A DNA stretch of 64,000 bases from an uncultured Acidobacteriaceae bacterium (GCA_963770055.1 CAVYOC010000007.1:66598-130597); one strand, 5' to 3'. Counted from the first letter of the stretch, positions 1 through 11,793 are shown. Numbers and translations are program-made. Notes: a model not told the origin generated them from the sequence alone.

Positions 1-2362
1 CGCATCCCAAAGCTCTACCGTGGAACCGTGGGCACGGAAGAGAACATCGTGGGAACTCGCGACATTGGAGCCATTGCGGAGGAAGTAGATGTCCGTGGCG
101 CCTGCCCGGCGATGCGCATAGTCCAGCTTCGCATTCGAGTCCGCGTTTTGTATTTCCTGTTCGTCTTTCTGTTTGTCTTCCTGTTTGTCCTTGGCAAGCT
201 GCACGTCGGGAAGGATATGCATTGCTTCAAGCGCGGCATGGGAATTCTCGCTGCAGTACACCTGGCCGCTGCCGTAGCGATGGAGTGATTCTGCATCGCA
301 CGAGCTGCCCCACATCGCCTGGACAACATTCCTGAATCGGGTCTGTGCGGCCGCATCTGCCATACCTGTTGGAGAGACCGGCACTTTGCCGACGACCGTT
401 CCTCCGCCCTGAACATACCGCTCAATCTGTTCCAGAACGGGTAGCGAAAGCCGTCCACTTTGCGGAAGAGCGAGTACCCGCCACGTTACTCCGGATGGGC
501 CTGTCAGAAGCGGCCCATTCATGTGGATAGTGTGCAGCAGAGCGTCTTCATCTGCGACATCGTAGTCGTAGCCGGGGAGGGCATGTGGCGGATCGTCTGC
601 CTTGAGACGAACGAAGTTGGGCACATTGTCGCCGTAGAAGTAGAGAATGTCGTCGACAGGTTGGCCTTGCTGCATCATGAATTGGACGCGGTTGAGATAG
701 GTGAAGAATGCCGCTCCGGCGTTCCACCAAGTGACTTTTGGATTGAGATGGGTCCCGGCGAAGTATTCCTGGCCCGGAAGTCCGGTGGAGACAGGACTGG
801 AAGTGAACTCGTGCCAGACGAGGCGGTTCATCCCTTCGGTGATTGCCATGTCGAATGACGGCTTCAGATCGGCGGCGAGACTCTCCGACCATTGCGGGCC
901 AATTGAGGTCTCTCCTTCCTGCGCGACAAAGCGCTGTCCGTAGATGTTTGCGGCGCTGGCTGCCTCTTTTGTGAAGAACCGCTCTTCGTCCTTGCTGCGA
1001 TGCGGATTCTGCGACCAGAACTCGGTCTGCGGAACAGCGGAGTGTCGAAACGTCTCCAGCGCGTCGATTGGGGCGCCATGCGGGCCTCCGCTCTCCGCCT
1101 GGATGCCGAGGCCGTGTTCGGCAGCACGTTCTGCGAAGACATCGTAATGATTGCTGACGATCAGATCGGCCACCGTGCGACGCAGATCGGTGAGGAAACG
1201 TGTACTGCGATCACGATCGCCCACGATTCGACCAGCGACCACAGGCAGCCATGGTGTTGGATCATAGCCGCGCCGCTTTTTGAACTCATCGGCGAAGGTT
1301 TCGGTCCAGTTGGTGCCGCCGAGCTCCCAGCTGTCGGTCGCGAGATATTTGAGGCTGTGAAACGGCTTTGCCGCTGAGAGCAGCAGTTCCACCGTATGGT
1401 TCCAGTAGGTGTTGAAGGCGTCGCGACTCATGTAATCGATCGCGAGACCCTGCCATGCGCCGCTTGCAGTAGAGACACGCGCGTCGGAGTCGGTATATCC
1501 GATGCGCAATATCTCCCACTGCCCCGGCAGCGGACCACATGTGAGTGTGCCGTCGTGAACATACGACGAGACATCGCGAACTTCCTCGAATGAAGTATCC
1601 GCGGCCGGAGGGTCGGTATTGACTTCGCTGCCTGTGCCAGAGCTCAGCATTGCGGATGAGTCCGGCATGCTGAATCCCGTCTCCGCTGCGGCCGAACGAA
1701 AGCGGAGAGCAGGGCCGCTCTGCTGCGTCAGTGAACTTCCACGATGCAATGGATAGGCGAGCACCGCAATCTGCCGGTAGAAATTATTTTTGGAAGGCGG
1801 CATCAGAAAGCTGGACTTCTACATGCGTGCCGCCTGTGATCTGCGTGCGTGTCCATGTGAGGAGTTTGGAAGCCTGATCGGGAGTAACGTCAGGGCCTCC
1901 GAGATTCCATCCGCTGGTGATGTTCAGCGTGATCTCGAGCCCGAGGCGATCAGCCTCTCGCAGTGCGTGAGTATAGAGCTCAACCCAGGCCGGACTTGCG
2001 AAGACAGGGCCCGCGGGAATGTTCTGGTTGCCGTTCTGGTCGGAGCCGTTTGCATCCACGAGCAGTGCGCCGCCGAAGCCTTTGGCTTTCATCTCCTCGA
2101 GATCGTGAGTGATCGTGGCTTTGTCCGTATGGCCGTTCAACCACCACCAGTAGCAGCGCAATCGAGCTTCGGCAGGAGGTGTTGCAAAGCCCTGACGCAG
2201 TTGCGCGAGCGTAGGTGCTGGAGATTTTGTAGGCACGTTGTGAGAAGGCTGCGCGAAGAGAGAGCCACTCAAAGCCAGAGTCAACACCGGAACGGTTTGT
2301 CTCGCACGGTGAAACGCCTCGCGGTAATTCGTTGTTGCCGTTCGTGAATTATGGAGCGCCAT
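1..2362 (-). CDS. GH106-type alpha-L-rhamnosidase (3' end runs off the window; single frameshift near 1807)
   Basis: ORF 1784-2467 has the GH106 N-terminal motif (RLRCYWWWLNGHTDKATITHDLEEMKAKGFGG, NITSGWNLGG). A +1 shift at ctttctg continues as FYRQIAVLAYP...ATDSWELGGTNWT...AESGGPH...EGETSIG...HEFTSSP...YFAGTHLNP to position 1. Probable start is ATG 2362, overlapping the GH43 stop. Confidence 0.85.
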
Positions 2363-3413
2363 CGGTAGCCTCGAAGGTAGAAAGATCCCACGCGTCTCTC
2401 CATGCGATCGTGAAGTCATCGCCAGTGATGGTGATGGGCAGCCATACATAACGACCGTCGATGGCATTCTTCGGCGCCCACCTGTCGGCCATGAAGATGA
2501 AGGCTCCGGGCTTGCCGGCCACAGGCAGAACGTAGGTGCTTTGTGCTCCGAAGGTCAGTTCCGCATTTGGGCCGCGACATGGGTTACCCAACTCCTTCCA
2601 CGGGCCGATGAGAGTGTCCGCAACCGCGGCGAACGCGGGGTTAGGCGCCCAGCCGGTTGTGTGCGAGCCGATGTAGAAGTAGTGGCCGTTGGCTTTGAAG
2701 ATCGCTTCGCCCTCCAGCGCCTTGTGCGCGAGGATGCGGGTGTAGTGGCCGGTGGTGTCGAGGTAATCCGTAGTGAGTTGGGAGACGTGCTGTGTCTGAT
2801 TATTTTCCGACGTGGTGATCAGGTACGCCTTGCCGTCGTCGTCCTGATAGAGCGTCATATCGCGGGACATCTCACCGTCGGGCCGGAAGTCGCGGATAAA
2901 AGTGTAGGGGCCGGTCGGCGACTTGCTCGTCGCCACGCCAGCGCGTGCCGCAGAGTAGCCCTTGCCCTTCAACTCAAGATGGAACCACATGACGTAGAGG
3001 CCGGTGGCTGCGTTGAAGATCACCTTTGGTCTTTCGATAACGCAGCCTTTGACGATGTCGCTTGCCGGATCGTCGCTTACCTTCAGCGCGATGCCTTCAT
3101 TCTTCCAATGGTAGAGATCGCGGGAGGAGTAGACCGAAACGCCGACATTGGCTGCGTTGCCGCCTGGTCCCGCCGTCTTGAACTCGCCGAACCAGTAGTA
3201 GGTTCCATCTTTAAAAAGGAAGCCTCCACCATGAGCGTTGATCGGGACACCATCGGTATCAGACCATAGTTCGCCAGGGCGGAAGGGGGGCGGTGATGAC
3301 AACGTTTGAGTGTCCTGCCCCTTGGCTGAGCCCGATGCAGCTATAGCAACCGAGAACAGCATCGCGATACGAACAACCTCGTTGATGCGCATGATGAATC
3401 TTCCTGCTTTCAA
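2349..3413 (-). CDS. GH43 glycoside hydrolase, exo-beta-1,3-galactanase-like (GH43_24-type), secreted
   Basis: Signal peptide; motifs WSDTDGVPINAHGGG, IERPKVIFN, SRDMTLYQDDDGKAYL, GWAPN, FGAQSTYVLP, MADRW. Confidence 0.85.
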   Translation of the reverse strand: MKAGRFIMRINEVVRIAMLFSVAIAASGSAKGQDTQTLSSPPPFRPGELWSDTDGVPINAHGGGFLFKDGTYYWFGEFKTAGPGGNAANVGVSVYSSRDLYHWKNEGIALKVSDDPASDIVKGCVIERPKVIFNAATGLYVMWFHLELKGKGYSAARAGVATSKSPTGPYTFIRDFRPDGEMSRDMTLYQDDDGKAYLITTSENNQTQHVSQLTTDYLDTTGHYTRILAHKALEGEAIFKANGHYFYIGSHTTGWAPNPAFAAVADTLIGPWKELGNPCRGPNAELTFGAQSTYVLPVAGKPGAFIFMADRWAPKNAIDGRYVWLPITITGDDFTIAWRDAWDLSTFEATDGAP

Positions 3414-5275
3414 TCTCGCGGCGATGCTGTTGTGTCAAAGATTGGCTCGGTTGTTGAGTTGAGGCGCTCGTTCGTGTCGCCGAGAAGATCAAAGAACGTG
3501 ATCGTGTTCCTGCCCGGCTGAAGCCACGGAGCCGGAGTGTAGAGCGTGAATTGTGGACCGACGGACCAGAAACGGCCGAGCGGCCGTTGCCCCAGCCAAA
3601 GAGTTCCCTTGTGCAATCCGCGAGTGTCGAGATACGTGTCGGCGGGGTTCTCTGCAGTGAGCTGTGTCTGAAAGAAGCATGGACCGGTGCAGGGCTCCGG
3701 CAGAAAACGCAGATGCCCGAGATCGTCCATGGGCAGCGAGTAGATCTCCCAATTCTTTGGCTCTTTACCCGCGAGCGTCACACTGCCGGTCAAGCCTTTG
3801 CGTTCCGTGCGAATCGCGTCAGTGAAATTCAGGCGGCCGGTGTTCTCTACGAGAATATCCAGCGTTGCCGCGTGAGACTGACGTGGAATATCCAGATCAT
3901 GCGTGCCGAGTCTGCGATCGAGGGTTCCCACGAGTTGCTGATCGATGTAGATCTGCGCATAGTCGTGCAGGCCCTCAAGGACAAGCTTGCCGCCATCGCC
4001 CTCATCCAGACCGGTGCGATAGAGAACATATCCATAGGATTGATCGAGGTCCTCGAAGCTCAGCGGCGTTTTGGAATTGACGGGCGTCGGGAGGTTCCGC
4101 CAAAGCGATGCAGTCAACATTTCGTTTGCGACTGGGAAGGCACTACGGAACGCTTGTTTCGGGAGCGCCGGAAGTTTCGATTTGTTCACCTCTTGAATAG
4201 CCTTTTTGAAGGCGAAGAACTTTGCGCGCGGTTCCCCCTTCTCGTCCAGCGGAGCGTCGTAGTCATAGCTGGTCGTATCCGGCTGATAGTTTGTGCCGTC
4301 TGTGTTGGCACCGTTCATCCATCCGAAGTTGGTGCCGCCCTCGAACATGTAGAGATTCACCGAATAGCCCCGGCGCAGCATCCAGCCAAGCTCCGCGGCT
4401 TCTTTGTTGCCGTCAGTCTCCTGATGTTTGCCGCCCCAGTGATCGAACCATCCGGCCCAGTACTCGCCGCTCATGCGAGGGCCGTCAGGCCGAAGTTGTT
4501 CGAGTCTGGCAAAGCTCTTTTCCGCGTTGCCGGTGCCAAAGTTGATGACGGTGGGAAGTTCCGGCAACGAACCATTTAGCAGATCGCGGGGCGGATTCGC
4601 CGTGTAGAGCACGGTATCGCCCATGCCGCTTTCGATAAGAGCGTTCTTCACACCTTCGAGGTAAACCTTGTCATCGCCGAGCGAACCGTACTCGTTCTCC
4701 ACCTGCACGGCGATGATGGGACCTCCATTCTTCAGCAGGAGCGGTTTGATCTCTTTGCTGAGCCGGAAGAACCAGCTTCGCACTGCCGCCGTGTACTTCG
4801 GATCCTGAGAGCGAAGGACCACGCTTCTGTCCTTCAAGAGCCAGGAAGGGTAACCTCCCAACTCCCATTCCGCGCAGACGTAGGGGCCGGGCCTGAGGAT
4901 CACGTTCAGCCCTTCGGCCTGCGCCTCGCGAATGTATTCGGCGATGTCGTATTGTCCGCTGAAGTCATAGGCGCCGGGCCGCGGCTCGTGCACGTTCCAG
5001 AAGACATAGGTGGTGATGGTATTCAGGCCCATGCTCTTCGCTTTTCGAAAGCGATCGCTCCAATAGGCGCGAGGGACGCGCGTGTAATGCATCTCGCCGG
5101 CGATGATCTGATATGGCTTGCCATCCATAAAGAACTGCTTGCCGTTCACAGTAAATGTATGAGGGGCAGTGCGTGTCGCAGCAGCCACCTGGGTCATCCT
5201 TGCGGGCATTATTGCGAAGAAGACTGAAAGAACCAGGACGGCGCTGAGCGCAGATATTGAAGGGGCGAAGAGCAT
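3410..5275 (-). CDS. GH35 beta-galactosidase
   Basis: GEMHYTRVPR, YVFWNVHEP, LRPGPYVCAEWELGG, VQVENEYG, GEYWAGWFDHWG, YMFEGGTNFG, TSYDYDAP. Start moved from 5383 to ATG 5275, downstream of the operator at 5320-5333. Confidence 0.93.
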   Translation of the reverse strand: MLFAPSISALSAVLVLSVFFAIMPARMTQVAAATRTAPHTFTVNGKQFFMDGKPYQIIAGEMHYTRVPRAYWSDRFRKAKSMGLNTITTYVFWNVHEPRPGAYDFSGQYDIAEYIREAQAEGLNVILRPGPYVCAEWELGGYPSWLLKDRSVVLRSQDPKYTAAVRSWFFRLSKEIKPLLLKNGGPIIAVQVENEYGSLGDDKVYLEGVKNALIESGMGDTVLYTANPPRDLLNGSLPELPTVINFGTGNAEKSFARLEQLRPDGPRMSGEYWAGWFDHWGGKHQETDGNKEAAELGWMLRRGYSVNLYMFEGGTNFGWMNGANTDGTNYQPDTTSYDYDAPLDEKGEPRAKFFAFKKAIQEVNKSKLPALPKQAFRSAFPVANEMLTASLWRNLPTPVNSKTPLSFEDLDQSYGYVLYRTGLDEGDGGKLVLEGLHDYAQIYIDQQLVGTLDRRLGTHDLDIPRQSHAATLDILVENTGRLNFTDAIRTERKGLTGSVTLAGKEPKNWEIYSLPMDDLGHLRFLPEPCTGPCFFQTQLTAENPADTYLDTRGLHKGTLWLGQRPLGRFWSVGPQFTLYTPAPWLQPGRNTITFFDLLGDTNERLNSTTEPIFDTTASPRD

Positions 5276-5319
5276 TCCAGGGCGCTTCGTCGTGCAGGAG
5301 ACGAGATAATCGGGAAAAC

Positions 5320-5333
5320 TGTACACGGATTCA
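5320..5333. promoter_or_regulatory. LacI-type operator (locus 1)
   Basis: TGTACACGGATTCA; its reverse complement matches the 11794-11807 site at 13/14 positions and resembles the palindrome at 11828-11841. Confidence 0.7.
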
Positions 5334-5407
5334 TTATTACTCAGCAAAGCTGTTTCCAAGGCAAAAAGTGGGCCGATGCTCATCCTTTGAATTCTCTCAA
5401 AATGTTT

Positions 5408-6998
5408 CTAACGCCAAATAAAGTTGAGTGCCACGCAGCTTGCGAGGAGAAGGAGAGACAGTGTCCATAGCTAGGCGATTGCCTTCGATCAGACCCGCTC
5501 TCCATTGAAAGACCAGGCTCTTTTGTGCTGGCTTCGGTTGATGTACTTCAAATTTACTTATCAGCCATCCGAGGATCAGGGCAGTGAAAAACGAGTAGAT
5601 CGCCGTGTGGAAGTTTTCACTCATGATGCTGCCGTAGAAGATCCAGCCACGTGTAAAAGCAAGAAGATGCAGTAGTCCCACCGTGGCTCCGCTGAGGAAG
5701 CCGATGATGGCGGCACGCTCTGTCGTTCGTCGCCCGCTCATTCCCAGGAGAAAGATCGCCCAGAACGGCGCCGCAAATATCGAAAAGATGAGCTGCACGT
5801 GTTCCATCAAATCGCTAAAGAGAAAATCGGTGTAGGAAGCCGCCGCACTGATTATGATGGCGACGACCGCCGCAATACGACCCATCGCGAGATAGTGACG
5901 GTCAGTCTCATTTCGACGGATGCGGCTGCGATAGATATCCTGCGTCCAGAGTGAAGCGAACGCGGATATGTTAGCGGCGAGCCCTGACATCAGGCTGGCA
6001 GTGAGGGCGGTCAGGCCGAGGGCGAGCATCGTCGGTCCGTAGAAGTCCGTCATGAGCGCCGGAAGGGCCTGATCAAAACGCTGAGCATGTCCGAGCTGAG
6101 GAATAAGTTTCGCTGCCGCCAGTCCCGCAAGCACGATGATGATCGAAAAGAAGAGTTTTCCAAACCCAGCCCATAAGGGAACCTGCCTTGCTTCGGCATC
6201 GGTGCGCGCGGTGAAGGCACGTTGCATCAGAACGAAATCAGTACACCAGTAGCCAAAACTGAGAACAAATCCCAGACCGAAGACGACTCCGACCCCATCG
6301 AGCGGCGCCGTCCTCGATGCGGCCGGCAGGCTACTCCACAGATGGAACCGCGAACCTTGATCGGCGGCCTGATGAACGGCTCCACTGGTGAAGGCGCGCC
6401 AGGCGACCGGAGCGATGCCCGCGATCATTACGATCAGTTGAAAGACTTCGTTGTAGATGGTGGCCCTAATTCCACCAAGAAGGACGTAGACGAAGACAAC
6501 GCCAGCACAGAGAGAGACTCCCGCCGCAAAGCTCAACCCCAGAAATACCTGGAGCGTTTGAGCCATTGCGTAGAGGCTGATTCCGGCCAGAAGCAGCACC
6601 GTGATGGCAAGAACGCACGCGTTCAGCAGGCGAAGATTTGGACCATAGCGGACCTCAAGATACTCCGGCACGCTCCTCACCCCGCTTTGTCTGTAGACGG
6701 GCATCATCCAGATGGCGAGAAAGACCATGGCGGGAATTGCGCCGATCCAGTAGAAGTGAAACGCCTGAACTCCGTATTGGGCAGCCATTGCGCTGAGACC
6801 AACGATCTCAAGCGCTCCGCAGTTAGCCGCCAGATACGCCGCCGTGACAATCCACAGTGGAAGCGAGCGAGTTGCGTTGAGATAGGAGTTTGCGTTTCGG
6901 CTTTGGCTGCGCGAGAGCCAACCGATCAGAATCGTCACAAGAAAATACAGCGGAAGAATGATCAGTCCCGCCGAAAGCTTTGGAGACGCCTGCATCAC
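5408..6998 (-). CDS. Sodium:solute symporter (SSS family) sugar transporter; C-terminal frameshift near 5472
   Basis: Multi-TM protein with AANCGALEIVG, SVPEYLEVRY, GGIRATIYNEVFQ, YWCTDFVLMQR, SLMSGLAAN motifs. The shifted frame gives the expected last helix LWTLSLLLLASCVALNFIWR-TAG(5408). Confidence 0.9.
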
Positions 6999-8003
6999 CG
7001 TTTCGTCTTGACCACGCGCGCCGTGCTCTCCCGTACCACCAACTCGACGGAGACGCTGTAACGAGAGCCGCGACGCTCAACATTCTTCTTGATATGGTTC
7101 AGCGCTTCGAGGCACGCCTCCGCCATCCTCCTGCGCGGAATGCGGATGGTAGTGAGAGGAGGCTGCAGCACGTCGGCGAGCAGCACATCATCCAGACCCA
7201 CGAGCGAGACGTCCTTCGGGACACTCAAACCCAATTGATGCAGACCCCGAATTGCGCCGAACGCGGTCAGATCGTTCGCTGTAAGGATTGCAGTTGGGCG
7301 TATGGTCTCCTTGAATAAGGAGATGACTGCCTGCTCTCCGCCCGCGACGCGGTAGTCTCCTGTTCGAATAAGGTTCGGATAGAAACGCAGGCCACTATCC
7401 TCGACAGCGGTCTCGAAAGCTTCAGCGCGAACGCGGGACGTGCGCAGTCCTTCTGTTCCCCCGATATAGCCGAGACGTTTGTGTCCCAGATCGCGAAGAT
7501 GTTTGACGGCCTGCAGGTAGCCGCCTTCGAAGTCGATCGCTACGTCGCTGCATCCAGCCTGAACAGAACGACGGTCTACGGTGACGAGCGGGATCTTGTG
7601 CAAAAAGAGCGGCTCGATGTCTTTGGTGTCAAACTCCGAAGCCATGAATACAGCTCCATCCACCTGCCGCATCAACATGCGTCGAACGGATTTGATCAGC
7701 TTGGAGCTGGACTGGACATTGGTGAGCAGACACCTCGTGATCGGTTTCAAGAAGCAAGTCTTCAAACTCCATCAGAAACTCGGAATAGAAGGGGTTGCTG
7801 ATGTCCGGAATAATCAATCCGTAGGTCTTGCTTCGACCGTACCGTAGTGTCGTCGCAACAGGATTGGGAATGAAAGTGACTCGCTCCAGCACCTCGCGAA
7901 CGCGTTGCGCTGTCTCTTCCTTAACCAGCGGCAGACCATTGATTACACGCGATACGGTCGCGCGGGATACACCGGCTTCAAGTGCAATAGCGCGCGTATT
8001 CAT
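6995..8003 (-). CDS. LacI-family transcriptional regulator (frameshift near 7729 splits ORFs 7629-8003 and 6995-7765)
   Basis: HTH IALEAGVSRATVSRVIN in the first part; sugar-binding domain (ANDLTAFG, VGLDD, PPLTTI, ELVVRESTA) in the second. Confidence 0.88.
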
Positions 8004-8160
8004 AGGGCTACTATACCTAGCGGAGAGAATTCCTCGAATTGCATTTGTTCTTCATTGCGACTACTCAAGGTGAAGGTCTTACGCTGTCGAATGTCCGCCG
8101 AACGAGACAGGGCACCCTTACCCTTGCGATTCAGTTATCGCAGCGTCCCGCTTTGGGGAG

Positions 8161-8188
8161 GGCAGGCCGCGTCATCAAACGGCCTGCC
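8161..8188 (-). terminator. GC-rich hairpin downstream of TBDR 1
   Basis: GGCAGGCCG-N10-CGGCCTGCC; weak U-tract, so terminator or mRNA-stabilising stem. Confidence 0.45.
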
Positions 8189-8203
8189 GATGGATGGGGA
8201 TAA

Positions 8204-11200
8204 CTAGAAGTTGATTCTGGCCGTAAGCTGACCGATGCGAGCATCGTTAGCCTGCGTTTGGGTTACAAGTCCAAAGGATGAGCTACCGAGCCCTGTTCCG
8301 GGGCCTCCAAAGTTCGGCGTATTGAAGACGTTGAAGAACTCTCCACGAATCTCGAAGGTTGTCGCTTCGTGAATGGGGAATATCTTGAAGAGAGAGAGAT
8401 CCACCAGCGGATGGATTCGCTGCCGGATGTTGAGAGAGGTGCTGTTGGTCTGCGAGGTGTAGGCCAAACGCTGCTGGTATGCGGGCACTGGAGACAGTGC
8501 GTCGCATGCTGGAGCGGAAGACGTCGAAGACACAAGCGCGCCGCTGGTATTTTCGTAGCAAGTGTTGATGTAGCGGCCATAGGTGGGACTTGCCTGATGG
8601 GGATCGCCGATGATGTTGACGCTACCAGGCGCCGAGATGAGCGGACCGTTCTGCGCGCGGAAGACACCGTTCAACTGCCAACCGCCGATGCTGTACCGCT
8701 CCCATGCCGGGCGCTGCGCGAACTTCGGCAACTGGACCGTTCCATAGACGGTCGAGATGATAGTCGCGCTCGTGTCCTGGATGGAAGCGAGGTGAGTGTC
8801 GAAGGGATTGAGGAAGCTGGTGTGGAGCATCAGCTTGTCCCACGTAAAGTTCGCCTGCAGCGAATAGTGGTTTCTCATCGGTTTTACGACCTGCACCTGT
8901 AGTGAGTTGTAGGGCATGCTTCCGATGGAGGAATACTGTTCGGTGACGGAGCCGAACTCCGGATAAGGCAGGAAGAGCAGGTTGCGAGCGATGGTGGGTG
9001 CGTTCAACGTTGTGGATTGCGGGATTTGCCCCGCCATAGGATTAGGCACCGCGGCGTTCAGGAAAGTGATCTCCGCGCTTCCCTGGTCGTAATACTGTTT
9101 GGGCAGCACATTGATGTTGTGATTGACCTCAACCCGTGACGCTCGGGAGCCGACATACGCAACTGACAGAACATAGCTTCCCATGAGCTGTTGCTGCACG
9201 CTGGCTGAGTACTGAGCGACCTTCGGCTGGACGTGATGCGGATCGATGAAACTTACACCTTGTCCCACTGCCGTGGATAAGCCGAGCGTACTTCCGGTGG
9301 GAAGAAGCACTCCCGCTGGGAATGGCGTGCTTATTGGGTTGACCGGCGCACTGGTGACGAAGTTGTTATAACTCGTCGTTTGGCTGAAGCCCGTACCGAT
9401 GGGAGTTTCGAGCGTGTTGTAGTAGATGATGCCGAAGCCCGCTCTTACGACGGTGGTTGGCGTGAACTGGTAGGCTCCGCCGAGTCGGGGCTGGAAGTTA
9501 TTCCAATCCTGCGAGTAGGGATAGCGGTTGCTCGGACCCGTATATTGCAGGCCGCCGTTCAGGGTAAGGCTGGGAACGGAGGGCTGGAGCGGATTGGGGC
9601 AGGTGGTGCAGAAGTTAGAGACCATCTTGTTGTATCTCTCGGTGAAGGGCGATTCGTAGTCCCAGCGGACGCCCAGGTTCAACGTGAGTTTGGGAGTGAC
9701 GCGCCAGTCATCCTGAACAAATGGCGCGGTATAGATCTGCTGGAGCGCGTAGGCCGGAGTGATGTTGTAGCTGACCGAGGAGAATGCACCGAGCAGAAGC
9801 GATGCCACCGGATCCCCCGAGCTTGCATCGGCACCGACATTGACATTGACTGAGTTCTTCTGCGTGAATCGGCGGTCGAAGGCGAGCGAACTCTGATTCC
9901 CTGAAGGCCCTGATGTATTGCCGAAGCCACTTTGCGGATTCTGAACGTTGTAGCGGATCAGATTGCCCTCGAAGCCGAAACGGAGCGTGTGACGGCCAAT
10001 GGTCTTGGTAAGAATCTCTTCAAGAGAACCCACCGTATCTTCGCTGATCTGCCCGCCCGCGCCTGCAGCCAAGCCGGCGTAGCTGTCGCTCATAGAGGTG
10101 CCCGGGAAGGAGGCGTAGGGAAGACCGGTGGGGCTTATGCCGATGCTGGAGAGATTAAAGTTTTGACTGCCTGGATACACGAGACCGAAGGGATGGTAGA
10201 TGAGCCCGAAGCGCGAGTCGAGCACCATGCTGGAAGAGAACTGATGAACTTCGTCGAGGCTGCCTCCGCGGTTGTTCCGGTACACGTTGTATCCGTAGCC
10301 GGATGGCCCAATTGCCTTTGGAAAACCCTGAAGAGGGTAGTTTTGCGTAAGTCCTGAGCGGAAGAAGATAGCGTTCAGCTTATCCTTCGAACCAATGGCC
10401 TGATCGATGCGAAAGATAAACGACGGATAAGTGCTTGGATACGACGTTTGAGACGAAATGTAATTCGCGTTGCTGGTGATGGCGGCTCCCGGCACATTGG
10501 GCAGCGGCAGGTAGGTGATCATAGCGGCCCCGGTAGGAGTGATGGCGGACGCGATGTTGTTGTTCGCAAAGTACTGAGTGCGGTTGCCGCTTGCGTCGAC
10601 GGGCGAGTTCGGCACATAGAGCTGAATGCCCGACGTGCAAAGTCCACTGCCATTGAACGAATTGCAAAGAGCCGAAAAGTCGCCACTGCGTTCTGCCTGC
10701 GTCGGCACTCGCGATGAGTAGTTCACTGCGGTGTGCGAGGCGTAACGCTCGAAGGCGACAGTGAAAAAGGTTTTGTCGCGTCCGTCGTAGAGCTTCGGGA
10801 TATAGACGGGGCCAGTGGCAACGAGGCCGGTCTGGCTCAGCTGGTCGTTATTGCGCGGAGTACGAAGAGCGGGATTTGCGTTGTTCTGATTCGGAACCTT
10901 CTCGTAGGTATTCGCGTTGAGGTAGGTGTTCTGAAACGCGTAGTAGGCAGCGCCGTGAAGTTTATTGGTGCCGCTGCGAATGACTGTGTTCGTAACTGTG
11001 CCGTTGCCGTGACCGACCTGTGCGTCGAAGATCGAGGTCTGGACCTTGACCTCCTCCACAGCCTCGGGAGACGGCACGAAACCGGTATAACTGGATCCGG
11101 AGAAACGCTCGGCAGGATCGTCCGGAATGCCGTCGAGCGTCAGACGATTGTGCCCGCTGTTGCCGTCGGCAGCGATCTGCACGGCAACGCCGCTGAACGG

Positions 11201-11767
11201 CTGGGTGAACTGGCTCGACTTGCCCTGGAAGTATCCTCCGGATCCATTGTTGATGACTCCGACCGCCAGAGTTGCCATCACGAAAGGATTGCGACCTATG
11301 TTCGGCAGGTCGGTTACTTCCTTCGTGCTCAAGGTCGTGGCGATATTCGCTGAACCGCTATCCAGCAGCAGATTCTCTGCAGATACATCAATCGTCTCCG
11401 TTGCTGTGCCAGTACTGAGCTGAAAGTCAAGATTCTGCGACTGCCCGGCAGTAAGGACCAGGTTGGTGCGGGTCTCGGTTTTAAAGCCAGACGCTGTCGT
11501 CGTGAGGCGATACGTACCGGGGTTCAGCGCGGGAAAGGTATAGGCGCCGGACTCGTTGGTCTTTCCGATTGTTTTGAAATGCGTGCCGGTCTCTTCGGCG
11601 GTGACGGCAGCGCCGGGAATCTTCGCGCCGGTTGGATCGGTCACCTCGCCGGAGATGCTCCCAAGGTAACGTTGCGCGTGCAGGCGCCCCGGGAGAAGGA
11701 GCAGAAGGAGCACGAAGGTTACAGGGAGTAGTAGAGTCAAAACTCTTGTTAATAGATTTTTTCGCAT
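8204..11767 (-). CDS. TonB-dependent receptor (Oar-like, N-terminal carboxypeptidase-regulatory-like domain)
   Basis: Signal peptide, GEVTDPTGAKIPGA, LPNIGRNPF, QDDWRVTPKLTLNLGVRWD, NFQPRLG, terminal Phe (ARINF). Start ATG 11767. Confidence 0.93.
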   Translation of the reverse strand: MRKNLLTRVLTLLLPVTFVLLLLLLPGRLHAQRYLGSISGEVTDPTGAKIPGAAVTAEETGTHFKTIGKTNESGAYTFPALNPGTYRLTTTASGFKTETRTNLVLTAGQSQNLDFQLSTGTATETIDVSAENLLLDSGSANIATTLSTKEVTDLPNIGRNPFVMATLAVGVINNGSGGYFQGKSSQFTQPFSGVAVQIAADGNSGHNRLTLDGIPDDPAERFSGSSYTGFVPSPEAVEEVKVQTSIFDAQVGHGNGTVTNTVIRSGTNKLHGAAYYAFQNTYLNANTYEKVPNQNNANPALRTPRNNDQLSQTGLVATGPVYIPKLYDGRDKTFFTVAFERYASHTAVNYSSRVPTQAERSGDFSALCNSFNGSGLCTSGIQLYVPNSPVDASGNRTQYFANNNIASAITPTGAAMITYLPLPNVPGAAITSNANYISSQTSYPSTYPSFIFRIDQAIGSKDKLNAIFFRSGLTQNYPLQGFPKAIGPSGYGYNVYRNNRGGSLDEVHQFSSSMVLDSRFGLIYHPFGLVYPGSQNFNLSSIGISPTGLPYASFPGTSMSDSYAGLAAGAGGQISEDTVGSLEEILTKTIGRHTLRFGFEGNLIRYNVQNPQSGFGNTSGPSGNQSSLAFDRRFTQKNSVNVNVGADASSGDPVASLLLGAFSSVSYNITPAYALQQIYTAPFVQDDWRVTPKLTLNLGVRWDYESPFTERYNKMVSNFCTTCPNPLQPSVPSLTLNGGLQYTGPSNRYPYSQDWNNFQPRLGGAYQFTPTTVVRAGFGIIYYNTLETPIGTGFSQTTSYNNFVTSAPVNPISTPFPAGVLLPTGSTLGLSTAVGQGVSFIDPHHVQPKVAQYSASVQQQLMGSYVLSVAYVGSRASRVEVNHNINVLPKQYYDQGSAEITFLNAAVPNPMAGQIPQSTTLNAPTIARNLLFLPYPEFGSVTEQYSSIGSMPYNSLQVQVVKPMRNHYSLQANFTWDKLMLHTSFLNPFDTHLASIQDTSATIISTVYGTVQLPKFAQRPAWERYSIGGWQLNGVFRAQNGPLISAPGSVNIIGDPHQASPTYGRYINTCYENTSGALVSSTSSAPACDALSPVPAYQQRLAYTSQTNSTSLNIRQRIHPLVDLSLFKIFPIHEATTFEIRGEFFNVFNTPNFGGPGTGLGSSSFGLVTQTQANDARIGQLTARINF

Positions 11768-11793
11768 ATGGGATCCTCGCTGGCCAGCCAAAA

